A DNA stretch of 63,548 nt, filler included, from Asterionella formosa (lineage: Eukaryota): the NCBI GenBank assembly GCA_002256025.1. It is 6 parts of 6 records of this genome, joined end to end, with 100 filler letters (N's around TTAATTAATTAA, not from the genome) between each part and the next. Parts side by side here need not be neighbours in the genome. Positions count along the whole stretch, not along the records: positions 39,780 to 59,567 come from NKIB01003545.1; positions 59,668 to 60,894 come from NKIB01003551.1; positions 60,995 to 62,221 come from NKIB01003552.1; positions 62,322 to 63,548 come from NKIB01003553.1; 2 more parts are not named here. One strand, given 5' to 3'. Below the pieces are notes generated by a model, which did not search any database, was not told the origin of the DNA, and saw only the letters and a program-made list of their open reading frames with translations. A program made the translations under genes and the position numbers. Positions within the stretch are counted from its first letter, which is position 1, and each line of letters begins with the position of its first letter. This document shows, in pieces, positions 52,427 to 63,548 of this stretch.

Positions 52427-53806
52427 ATGCAAAATAATTTACCAACAAGCAACAATGGTGATCTCGAACAGCCTAAGTCATCCCGACTTGGGAAAATTAT
52501 CCCCATTCTTCCAGTCCACCACTTCCTGAGAACACATATCGTGTTGTGGTTAAATGGAGACTTCGAGTACTGCTTGATCAGCACCGTGACCACACTCACT
52601 GTATTTTACTTCGGCATTTCCTACAAGGTCATGTCGAAGACACCGTGAATGCGGACCTTGACAGTTTATTGAGTCAGTGAATTCTGTCAACTTCCATTAA
52701 AAAGAAGGGTGGAAAGAAGATTGGAAGGCATGCACTTGTTATTGATCATAGCAATGTCAAGTTTGCCAGAAGCTTTGTTGATTAGGTTTGACCTTCGAAG
52801 CAATGTGACCGCATTAAACATCTCAACATTTTCCTGCCAAAAGTTGCAGACACGATGAAAACTGTTCATTTTATAATTGATGATGATTTCATGCTACAGA
52901 TTGAAGGAAAATATCTTCCAAGATATTTTTGTTGCATTTGTTTCTCCTCCCAGACCAATTTTTCGGAACAAAAGATTGTCCTTTTCTTGACCTGGTGGGC
53001 TGTAAACAAATTTTGGGGCAACTCGGAAATGATGAGGCTACCAATTCACTCATCAAGAACACACTCGGTTCTAAAACTATACTCTGTCGTGATTGCTATA
53101 GGAAAATGACAGGCAAGGTAATGTCATTGATTGCCTATGGAGCATTCACTGACAAGATGGTGATCTCGAATACAACATCAACATGTTTTGGAAAACTTTG
53201 TCTATGGCTATTCCCGGTTCTGTCCTGCAACCACTTGTAAGTGACGCAACAGATGTCAGGAAGAGTATGCTGGTGCCTTGCACCTGTTAATTGTTGCACA
53301 CTGCTGTAAATCACTCTAATGTTCCTCAGGAGCCAGATTTTGACTATCAGCATGCAGAACTGGTAGTCAATGACTTCGAAAAGTGCCTTCCTTGGGGATT
53401 GGATATGTCCCTAGGTGCTGGTGGTTTCTCTATAAATGTCTGGGATGGTGAGTCGTTTGAGTCTAACCTCATTTTAGATCGAAAAGGTAAATGTAAAGCG
53501 GAATTCAAGCAACATGCCATGGAACATCATGTCAACCAACATGCGATGCTTCTTCGCATTCCCTTCAAGTACATCTTCTTAATGCGAAGTGTTATGGTTC
53601 ATGCAGGTGCTATGGATAATCACCTAACAAATGGTGAATTGAGACTTCACATGTATTTGTCGCCTGGTTCCACTCCAGAGCAAAACTCAGTTGCTATTTG
53701 CAAAAGATTTGGAAATGCCATTAACACAAAAGCAAATGGTACGGAGTGAGTCCCTCCATCACTAGTTTCGTTTTTGCTTGATTCCTATGGGGAAAGATGG
53801 AAGTAA
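52427..53806 (+). pseudogene. Degenerate gene ending in a 2OG-Fe(II) dioxygenase-like double-stranded beta-helix domain
   Basis: ORF 53291-53749 has PQEPDFDY (HxD position with Asp in place of His), GFSINVW, RIPFKYIFLMRSVMVHAG and RLHMYL. Upstream frames are broken. Confidence 0.55.
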
Positions 53807-53906
53807 GAATTTTTATTTACTCATAAATAGTTACTAACAAAATGGTTATTTGCTTTTAATCAAGTACAGCCATTTGCAAATAACCGCTGGTGTTCTTTCT
53901 TTTGCT

Positions 53907-54165
53907 CCATCGACCAAGTCGGACAGAAGTGTCATGTTTTTGACAAGTCTCTCTGCTCCAACTCCTCATATTCGAAACCGTTTGATTCGTCGTTGCTTGT
54001 GGCAAGTTTTGTTGTGCCAGAAGTCACAAATAGGCGGGAGACATCCATCGACCAAGTCAGACAGAAGTGTCATGTTCTTGACACATCTCTTCGTTCCAAC
54101 TCCTCTTATTCGAAACCGTTTGATTCGTCGTTCTGGCAAGTTTTGTTGCGCCGGAAGTTACAAGA
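53907..54165. repeat. 138-bp tandem duplication
   Basis: CCATCGACCAAGTC.GACAGAAGTGTCATGTT at 53907 and 54045. Confidence 0.85.
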
Positions 54166-54389
54166 AATAAGCGGGATACAACCTTCCTTGCTGCTTCCCA
54201 AGTCCAATAGTACCACCAGAATGCAGCAAAGTTTCCTTTCCATTCATGATCCTTGGAACTTCGTCATGCTGTGGCATTCTACCCCCTGCTCCATGACCAC
54301 TGCCACTCTGTCGCGAGCCATTGTAATGCACGATAATGGTGATGCAACAAATTCTTCCGGTATAATCGATTCCAGGGCTTTGACTTTCA

Positions 54390-54590
54390 CAGCCTCTCTG
54401 CAGAACTGCGACAGAAAATAATAGAGAAAAACATAGTACCACCATAACCATACATCGCAGCCTCTACAGAGCTGCGACAGAAAAAAAAGGGAAAAACATA
54501 GTACCACCATAACCGTACATCGCAGCCTCTACAGAGCTGCGACAGAAAATAATAGGGAAAAACATAGTACCGCGAAAACCGTACATGCAA
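54390..54590. repeat. ~65-bp tandem repeat x3
   Basis: CAGCCTCT.CAGA.CTGCGACAGAAAA..AAAAACATAGTACC at ~54390, 54458 and 54523. Confidence 0.9.
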
Positions 54591-54856
54591 CTTAAAGGTG
54601 CTGATAAAAGACATAGACGTACTAGTAACTTGTCAGCCTGGCTAACTATCACGCCAATTAAATTCATAAATGCAATGAAATTATGGTAACTAAGTACGCC
54701 GTACATCACGAGCATTGATTGTTTCCAATAGTACTTAGGAGTGCTGTCATTAGTAGCAGACCGATCACAATGATTTTTTTGTTTTAACAAACTACGTGTT
54801 TACTTAACTTTTGCCAACCCACCATGTGGGCTAATCGATGACACAATTCTGCATCA

Positions 54857-56300
54857 TTGTCTGATACAGATTCCATACCAGACAACCCTGCATCGGATGG
54901 ATACGATGATTATCAACTTGAGGAGTATAATGAAGCGGAAGAGAGTGTCAAAGGAGATGGGATGTTGACGGCTGAACAAGAAAGAGATAAACTCCAAATT
55001 CTATTGTCTGAGAGTACACAGGAAATCAAGCGCCTACGTGAATTAGCAGTTGAAAACAACCGTTTAATAATTGGAGTAGTAGGTGGAATTGGCCGGTGCA
55101 AACATTGGACAAACCTTCTGGCTAACTGGGTCAGAGAGGAATTGTTTCCAAAAGTTAAATTCGTCACAGGTGATTATGATTTGGAAATTAGGGAACCCGT
55201 CAGCATTGCTGGTGCTGTTCGTTATCATTTCCCATCACTCAGAAATGGTACTGACGAAGAGTTTGAATCATTTTGGTTCACATATAAGTGTGACATCAAC
55301 AAAACTATGTCTGAAAAAAGGAATGCTGTTTCAATATCAATCAGAAAGGGTATCAAAAGTTAGTTCAAAATGAGGTGTCGTGCTTGCTGTTGCTTCCTTT
55401 TCCAAACAATACTTAATTATAGAAATAGGAATGGCTGAGGATGGAAAGTTACAGTTCCGTTCCCGGAATAAGATTGTTCAGTCCAGGACGGAACCACCAG
55501 ATGTTGGTAAAGTTGAAGAGCATCCCTTCAAAAATGATAATCTGTTTTACATCCCATTCCTACTCCCCTTTTTCAAGGCAAGTGTTCATTGTGCTGCCTG
55601 CCGACAAGACCTGTGCTTCCCTAGTCTTTTTAGCGTAGGTGAGCCCCCAACCACCCTTCACAAAAGATGATTGTCTTAGCCGCCGCAGCGTTAGGGGAAA
55701 CTCCGACCGCCTGGGGAAGGCGGCACAAGCTGCTTGTAAGGGGGCAACCCACTATTTCTTGCACACCAGGAAAGACCATGCAGGACGGTAAGGAGTGTGG
55801 GAGTCAAATCCAACAATCATTGCTTCTCAAAAAATTGCAGTGATCGAACCTCACAACCTCAGATCAAAGGCAACGTGCTCAACCAAATACCATAAGCCAT
55901 TCCCTGAAGAGCATCCCTTCATTATTCTAGAGAAGTACATTTTTTCTCGGGTAATGACATATGGTAATTATGCTAACCAAAAACAAAAAATGACTGTATT
56001 GGATGAAGCATATGCCTTGCTTGTCTTAGACAATAGTTGGGATGTATGGACCCAGAGCTAGTATACAACTGGGGATACTGGTAATCAAATTGCTGGCAGT
56101 GATGATGGTTCAGGTGTTTTGCTGAAATGCCTCTTGCTGAAATGCCTCTATTCAAACCATGGAGGAGTTGGCAACAAACGGTATGGAGGGTGGGAAACAA
56201 AGGGATATGCAAGCAAGGTTCATAACAATTTATGATCAAGTCGAGCAACTACGTAGAAATCCTCGTTGGACATGGATTGTTTCATGAATTGTAAGCGCCA
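54857..56300 (+). pseudogene. Degenerate ORF2-type accessory gene of a CMC/Plavaka-like element
   Basis: WVREELFPKVKFV..FW..Y....KRN, then TVLDEAYALLVLDNSWDVW and KRYGGW. Confidence 0.5.
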
Positions 56301-56769
56301 AGGAATTGCTCCTGACAGTTCCCAAAGAACACCAAGAGATGTTAAAGGCAAACAACAACTATAAAGCATTCTACCAGATTACCATGGAGGATCTCCATGA
56401 CAGTGACGTTCCCGAGTATAAGCGAATCGATAAAAAAGATTCAAGAAATATTTCATTGAGTGTTATGCTGAGACATCGGGCAATTTCTCTGCTTTCAATA
56501 TAAGGGAACGAGCTTACCATACTGAGGAGCTGAACAGAAGACATGCTGCTGCAAGAGAAGAAAACGTTCATCTACCTTGTTATGAACATTACCTTTCTAC
56601 AGGTAGTAGTGTTCGGAGAAATATGATGCAGTGTGAAGGAGAAATGGAAGAGATCTAACCGTAACACATATACCTAGCTGTTAGTAAATCATAACTAATT
56701 TCGTATCTATGAAACAATGCATTTGCAGAGGATGTTATTTCTATATATATCCAACATCTGCGCGTCCTG

Positions 56770-57000
56770 CCAATATCTACTCATTACCTCAATCGTTTCG
56801 ACTGGTGGCATCGAGTAAAACATATGCGAGAATGTATGAATTGATGAGATTTTGATCACAAACTGGAAGAAATATATTTTTTCCTGAGCGGTACTAGCTT
56901 GTACTATACTAGTACATCTAGTAGTTGCTCGTCACCTGTATTTTTCTAGGCAAGAACTGATGAGCTTTCACCTTCTATCACTTGATTGCATTGTTGAATA
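56770..57000 (-). mobile_element. Possible extreme C-terminus of a CMC/Plavaka-like transposase converging on ORF2
   Basis: IQQC...SSSVLA..YKLVP / NIFLPV....SRND*GNE*. Heavily decayed. Confidence 0.3.
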
Positions 57001-58399
57001 AAAATCAAGGAGTGTCTACTACTGTACTGATGAGTTACATATATATAAAATATGTAGCTATCATAAAAAGGCACAATGGCTGATAGTCAGCTAGAAGGAA
57101 TAACAATATGCTATTCTAACAATTCAAGCTTGTAGATACGGAATTTGGACCGGACGAAACATGATTTAGCAAGACCGCACCAGTATTTTTCTGGTAGAAT
57201 GTACGTTGTTGTGGTACAAATAGAGAATCCAGGCTGCGCCAGGAGTTTTGCCACACAGCAGGGTCCACAAACACAAGATTTAGAGTGGTGAAAAAGTAAG
57301 CAATCAATGCGGCCAACAATCAACCCCCCCCCCCCCCCAATTGGCAATTGGCTCATCAGCAGCTAGATTAACATGTTTTTGTTGTGTACCTAAATGCTAG
57401 TATGGCTTGTCAGCTCACGCATTGTTGTTGGCAACAGGGAAAATGAGGTTCAGAATGAAATTTGTTCTGGCAAGATTACTGCGCTATTATGATGGCTATA
57501 GCTATGAGCAACGCTACACACTGATCTTCCTCTACATTCAATTGACATTGCAGCAAACAATTTCAGTGCAGGAGCATTCTTCGCACGCCATTCCGAATTA
57601 GCAGGCTTTATTTCATTGATGAAACTCTTTAATTTAGTTGAATGACCTACAGTAAAAAAACCGTCAGAAAAATATTGGAATTGCCTTCAGATAATTAGTT
57701 GAACAACCTTGTTATCATTAGTTGAATGAACTACAGAAAATTACATAAACAAATTTTATGTATTAAGTGAACTTTATTCTAGAATAATGTGAACGAAATT
57801 ATAAGGCAATGTGAACTAAATTACAGAATTACGTGAAGTATTTCAATTAATTACGTGAAGGTGATTACGTAATATAGTGATGATCAGGAATGCATGCATG
57901 ATACTTTGATCAAATAATTAACGTGATGTATTCAGATGATATATAGATATATTCAACTACGTATTTTGATGTATTCAACTATTTCATGTGATGCATTCAA
58001 AATCAACTAGGCTTATTAATGTGATGGTCACTTCACGTAATACGCGGCTTAGATGATGGGTAGCATTCTCTGTCGAATAAGAAGTGAATACCTATAGTAC
58101 ATTATTGACTAAATTCTACCAAAGTAGTATTTTTCTGTAGGGCTCCAGTAGTGTTCTACTCTGGACAGGTCAATACTGTCCAATACCCCCTCCTTGCTTG
58201 ACCGTGGTGAAAATATGGTATGGAGAAAGGCAAAAATTCTACCCAGTAGTACTGAATGTAGAATTTTTTTGACATTTTTGTAGAATATTCTACCAACAGA
58301 ACAGTGGAACCCTGCAGTATACTATGGTATTGTCCAAGAAATTCTATCACAAAACAACATGGTATGAAATGGGATTGATGTTAATAATTGAACTAAATA

Positions 58400-59225
58400 T
58401 CAAGATGGCGACAATGTCAACAAGAAGAGTAAATGAACCTACACAATCCCCTGTTTTCAAGAGTGTCCTCATTGCTATGATGTCATACAAAGATGCATGG
58501 CATAGAATATTCTCAAAGCTACAAGTTTAGTCGAGAGGAACTTGGGGAATAGGTTACACCTGAGGATGTCTACAAATGGATGGCCATGAAAGTGTATGGC
58601 CGTCCTGAGGATCCAAACAATGATGACAATCCAACACATGGCCAGTCTTCTTCCCTGGAATACTACAAAAAGGCATTGTCGTATTTTATGCCTAATCTAC
58701 TCTCCGCTTGGAATGCTATTATGCACAGTGGAAATCCGACAAGGTCTGTGCCTGGCAATAACCTCATCAAGGCAGTAAAAAGAAGGAAGTGCACAGACAA
58801 GGGAAACCATCACAAGCAAGAAGGTGACCCAGATTGCCATCATCCTTACCAACACTGTTGTGAGCAAAGGAATGGGCAAGAGACGAAGCAGACAAGCTTG
58901 AATCGATTTTCCTGGCAGATGCCAGCATGACAAATGCTCAGGGGGGGCAGTGTTTCTAATTTTGCTTTTGGCATAACAAATGCCAACAACAACCCGAATT
59001 TAATTGCCGAAAATGTTGCTGTCATAGGAACCAACAACAACAACCAAGCAGGCAATGATGACGAGCAAACAAACATGGCTTTGGATCCTGTTTACAATAG
59101 ACTAGTAGTAGCCTTCTTTCCATGACACCAAAACACTATTTGTTCTTTGGCAAGAATGGGAAGTTTGAGTTACAGGACTAAAGCCAGGAAGGATTTTTAC
59201 AAGGGCAGATTTCAGGGGACTTGAA
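58400..59225 (+). mobile_element. Internally deleted Crypton-like element ORF (N-terminus joined to GCR1_C-like tail)
   Basis: VTPEDVYKWMAMKVYG..DPNNDDNPT..SSSLEYYKKALSYFMPN...WN....GNPTRS..NNLIKAVK, then KTLFVLWQEWEV*VTGLKPGRIFTRAD. Confidence 0.7.
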
Positions 59226-59904
59226 TTGATGCTTTACTTTTACTTTTACAAATTTGTTCCTGGTATTCATTCATCTTCCATAAGCTGCTACATAACAGGA
59301 TATGAATATATTTTGCAGGAACATCATTATATATCAATGCATTGAATAAATTGTATACTGGTACGATGGAGGCCAGTAAAACACGTTTTTAACATAAACA
59401 AAGATCAAGCTAAATATCTCGATTACCGGACCTTCCAGGGACAAGCACATCCATCCAAATGTCGAATAGAATACCACCCGTATTGTCCTGATCCAACCAA
59501 CCCAACGGAACAACGAAGGATGGACTCCGAGGAGGAACAAAGCGATACTTCGCTTGTTGAGGATGAGNNNNNNNNNNNNNNNNNNNNNNNNNNNNNNNNN
59601 NNNNNNNNNNNTTAATTAATTAANNNNNNNNNNNNNNNNNNNNNNNNNNNNNNNNNNNNNNNNNNNNAATAACTTTACCGCACGTGAAGCAACGAACAGG
59701 AATAATCATGGTGAGTGATAGCGATAGCTAGTTGCAATAAATGGATGAGGTATCAATGAAGGATGTTCGACCTGCGTATTGATTTTGATGGGACGGACTA
59801 TTATTATATCATAAGCTTTGTACATACCGGTATAGCTGCTGCTGTGATTTTCGTTCGTCGTGCGTCGTTCTTCACTTCCATTTTTGCTCCTTGCTTTTAC
59901 CAGG

Positions 59905-60280
59905 CAAGGTACGTACCGGTACCGTCAGTCTAGTGTGTAAGTACCAAGTACCAGGTACCCTGGTACCTGGTACCAGTACTCCAGGTAATGTAATACTGTA
60001 TGCACTTGATACGACCGCAGCACACATGTACATGTAGGAATAAATGCGGTGGTTAGACAGACAGACCAACAGGATTGAAAACCAGCCATATCAACTCCCT
60101 CCCTCCGTCGAATGTACTATCGTAGAGGTAACAAGGTACAGGTACCACTCCACGAAGTAACCAGGTACCAGGTACCCTGGTACCATGTACCTGGTACCGG
60201 CCGCTATCATATGTTCTTGTTGCTTTGTTGTCGTGAATTCGCCCGATGTAGTTTATCATCGCTACCAGGTACCAGGTATC
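59905..60280. repeat. GGTACC/CCWGG/ACCGGT palindromic low-complexity tract directly upstream of a gene
   Basis: For example gtaccaggtaccctggtacctggtaccagtac and ccaggtaccaggtaccctggtaccatgtacctggtaccgg. Similar tracts occur at many other sites. Confidence 0.85.
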
Positions 60281-60332
60281 CCGTCCGCCGTTTTGCCATC
60301 AGACATCTATCAACTCCATCGTCGCTTCTGAA

Positions 60333-60689
60333 ATGGCTCAAGGATCCGTTAAGCTAGGGACCAATCACAAGAGTGGAGGCAAAGAGAAAAAGCTAGCTAT
60401 CGCCAAAAAGACAAAAGTCGGACGGAAAGTAAGCAAACCCAAGGGCCGCAAGGCTGACGAGTCGCGACCTGATGTAGCCATTTCCAAGGCCCTCGCCAAA
60501 AAGGCAGAGATACAGACCTCAGCAAAGTGTATAGCGTCCGGCACAACAATTGAGCTTAAAGATGTTCGTGAGAACGGAAAGATTGAACTGAAAACACAAC
60601 TCAAGACAAGGAATAAGAAAGAAAATCGGGCCACTAAGCTGACTGACCGACTGAAAGTACAACTGAGAAAGCTAGGACGAGATGTCTAG
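60333..60689 (+). CDS. Small basic protein, UPF0390/DUF2462 (C19orf53/L10K-like)
   Basis: 118-aa Lys-rich ORF starting MAQG, with ISKALAKKAEIQTSAK. Confidence 0.65.
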   Translation: MAQGSVKLGTNHKSGGKEKKLAIAKKTKVGRKVSKPKGRKADESRPDVAISKALAKKAEIQTSAKCIASGTTIELKDVRENGKIELKTQLKTRNKKENRATKLTDRLKVQLRKLGRDV

Positions 60690-61339
60690 GGGCTAGAAGC
60701 TGATCCAAGTGGGATTACTAGGACTTTCAAAAGGGAACTAGCATATCGCCTAGATTAAGAAAGACTGCTAGCATCTGCTGTAAACCCGTTTCTTACTAGA
60801 AGGCATTGTGATTTCGCTTCTTGATTCGAATGCTTCCGTCTTGAAGTGCAAACAATTTCTTTTGTTCTCGCATGACAGCCTCTAGCGTCGTCACNNNNNN
60901 NNNNNNNNNNNNNNNNNNNNNNNNNNNNNNNNNNNNNNTTAATTAATTAANNNNNNNNNNNNNNNNNNNNNNNNNNNNNNNNNNNNNNNNNNNNGATTAC
61001 GTACCAGCAGTTGTGATTGTTCGACGAACACAATCGACTGTGTACATACGACGGTAAAGGAATTCGTATGTATGCTGATGTGAGACTTTGTTATGTGTTA
61101 CTCCCACCAAGATCAGCCATTACGATCATGAATTGCACATGGCTGATGGCAGATTTTGCTCGGATTACTGAGTAGGGAGTACTGTACTAGCTAAACTATA
61201 TGTACAGGGTATTGGTGTTTCACATGATTTGGCTACCGGTACATAAGACTATGTATACATGAATATTTAGAAACATACTACCGGTAATTTAATTTTATAC
61301 GAACTGCAATTGCTCGCTCGCTCATGGAAGCATGAGTGC

Positions 61340-61505
61340 CGGCACCTACCGGTAGTTCAGTCAGTACCAGTACCAGGTACCTGGTACTCCGTACTCCCGG
61401 CAGCCGAAGATCCCCGAGCGATATACAGCACCCTGGTACCTGGTACCAGGTACCGGTTCCTGGCTAGTACTGGTACTCTCACGGTACCAGGTACCGCCCA
61501 GGTTC
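61340..61505. repeat. GGTACC-rich palindromic tract
   Basis: cagtaccagtaccaggtacctggtac; ccctggtacctggtaccaggtaccgg. Confidence 0.85.
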
Positions 61506-62321
61506 TCACCACACACCAAGCAAAGATCCAAACGAAGAATAGCAAAGCAATCTGCTACATATACCGCTATACAATACTGCTAGGATACATACCGGTATAC
61601 ATATTCAAGTACCCGTATGTTAGCCAGTGTACCACCTGTAACGGATCCACGTATGATGTGTGTACAGTATGTGATTCATGAGGTACGGTAAACAATCCAT
61701 TTGCGGGTGTCTGGATACCAAATATAGAGGGGGCTGGATGCAATAAGGAATGTACCGGTATATCATTTAATCCAGAAGACTGACTTCCCTGTGCATACAT
61801 ACCAGAACATATATTCATACCTGAATAGTATCAGTAAATTTAGTATTACTAATAATATCGACGATCATCATTATTTCACCAACATCAATCATCAACATTC
61901 AGGACCAGCAAGCACCAGTACATATGTAATGGTCATATCATTATCGTAAGACATGCTCCATGTACCTGGTACCGGTGTATGATAGATAGTACAGTGGTAT
62001 TGCTTACCGGTACTGTACTACGGTATGCTGTGGTGTCTGCTTCGCTTCGTTGATACCGGTATCATCCTCAAGAAAAAGAAAAAGAAGACAAGAGCTGACA
62101 CAACACAACAGCACACAGAGCAACAAACAGTACCTGGTACCTACCGCATTATTCGCTCCTCACCATGCCGACCATGTCCCCCTTCATGACTGCCTTGCTG
62201 GCTCACGATGTGGAGGCTCACNNNNNNNNNNNNNNNNNNNNNNNNNNNNNNNNNNNNNNNNNNNNTTAATTAATTAANNNNNNNNNNNNNNNNNNNNNNN
62301 NNNNNNNNNNNNNNNNNNNNN

Positions 62322-62431
62322 ACTTTGCTTGATCCAGAAACAGGAATCTCGCTCTCCTTGGATAGAGTTTTACGGAGGCTAGGAAGGCCAGGAGATGGTT
62401 GCTTGATAACAAGATTATCAGTTGCCTTCAT
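62322..62431 (-). CDS. Possible 5' end of a gene truncated by the contig edge
   Basis: ATG-initiated open frame MKATDNLVIKQPSPGLPSLRKTLSKESEIPVSGSSK running to the contig end, with GGTACC tracts upstream. No recognisable domain. Confidence 0.25.
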
Positions 62432-63548
62432 TATTGAGTAATGTTATTCATGGGTTGAGTGTTTTTTGTTTGTATTTTGAAGAATTATGATCACAAATTG
62501 TTTGCTTCATGTTATTTTCCGCCTTGTATGTACCAGTAATAAGTGCTCATATGATATGCATTTGTACAACGGCATATTGCACTGGTATAACATATCATGT
62601 GTCATATCATTCATGATTCAAACGTTTGGTGCTCCGAGGAGCGCATAAGCATAATTGCTATTCATATGTAAATGTAGCAGAAGCAGAACTACCGGTATCG
62701 GTACCAGTACTACCGGTATAGCTATACACATACCGGTACCGATTCTCTAACATGACTAAAGCACTCCTCCATGCATCACGACGTCTGCATGTAACTCCAA
62801 CTATACCGATGTAGACAATAGGGGTAGTCTACTTCCTTCCCCTTTATTTTACAACGAATAAAAAGTAGACCGCCAGGGACCAGCGTACCGGTAGTCTACC
62901 TGGTACCGTACTCCTACCAGGTACCCATTGACTCTATCTATAAAAGGAAGGTTCAATGCTGCTCCGGAATCACAGGCAATAGATTAGCGAAAGGAAGGGC
63001 ATTAAATTACGGAAGCCAACAACCGGTATGTTGCATCTCCGGAAGTAGTCTAAGAATTTTCCAGAATATGCTCATTCTAGTTGTAGCCAATATGCAATGA
63101 GGTACAGCTATCTCTCGCTGGTCTCTGCCAAGACTCGACGACAAGTGATGATATGAAACATTCCCTCGTTTGGGACAATGATGTTTAAGAAAAGTGTTTG
63201 CTGGTCAGTATTTGGTTGTTGCTCTTTTCTCTAGATGTCTCAAGCCGACTACCAGGGTAGCTGGTACTCAGGATGGGAACAACGGTACGTTTTTCATTAC
63301 TCTATATTCCGGTTGATTACCGTAGACCAATTGCTTATAGCAAGCATTGTGCACATTGGCACACATAATGTACGCATCTGGCTAGAAATGTATATATATA
63401 TTTGTGATATATCTATAGGGGAATTCCCAACTAATGCCTAAATTCACCACTAGTTAATTATAAGGACTCCTCTCTCAATAAACCTCATTTCTATTTGCCA
63501 GCAGCTTTGTCTGCTCTTGCCTTCGCTAGCATTTCTTGATATCTAGAT

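Overview
Eukaryotic nuclear DNA, most likely from a diatom (inferred from GT-AG introns, an ASAFAP-like plastid presequence, a presequence-bearing Derlin, CoDi-type Copia gag, and gametolysin and PT-repeat LRR genes). The window is not one locus. Five identical 100-nt spacers (44 N + TTAATTAATTAA + 44 N) join six contigs of 19790, 19789, 19788, 1227, 1227 and 1227 nt, a length-sorted concatenation, so adjacency across spacers means nothing. Contig 1 holds a gene cluster: a GTPBP1/2-family GTPase, a DUF2993-like protein, an sDer1-like Derlin, a plastid NAD(P)-binding reductase, LAMTOR3, a coiled-coil/GOLD protein and a bacterial-type PNPOx-like/FAD-NAD oxidoreductase. Contigs 2 and 3 are mostly decayed transposons (Copia, Gypsy, PIF/Harbinger, Crypton, CMC/Plavaka-like), plus an M11 gametolysin gene and a two-domain LRR gene. 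Three observations stand out. (1) A ~1.7-kb repeat is present once in each long contig. It ends at the same base after a conserved ~200-nt GT-AG intron-like segment, and the unrelated sequences downstream each carry remnants of 2OG-Fe(II) dioxygenase motifs. (2) Nested palindromic GGTACC/CCWGG/ACCGGT tracts sit just upstream of most genes. (3) The LRR gene is built from a constant cap plus variable 72-bp cassettes and is bracketed by inverted Gypsy ends. All family assignments come from motif recognition by eye, not database searches.
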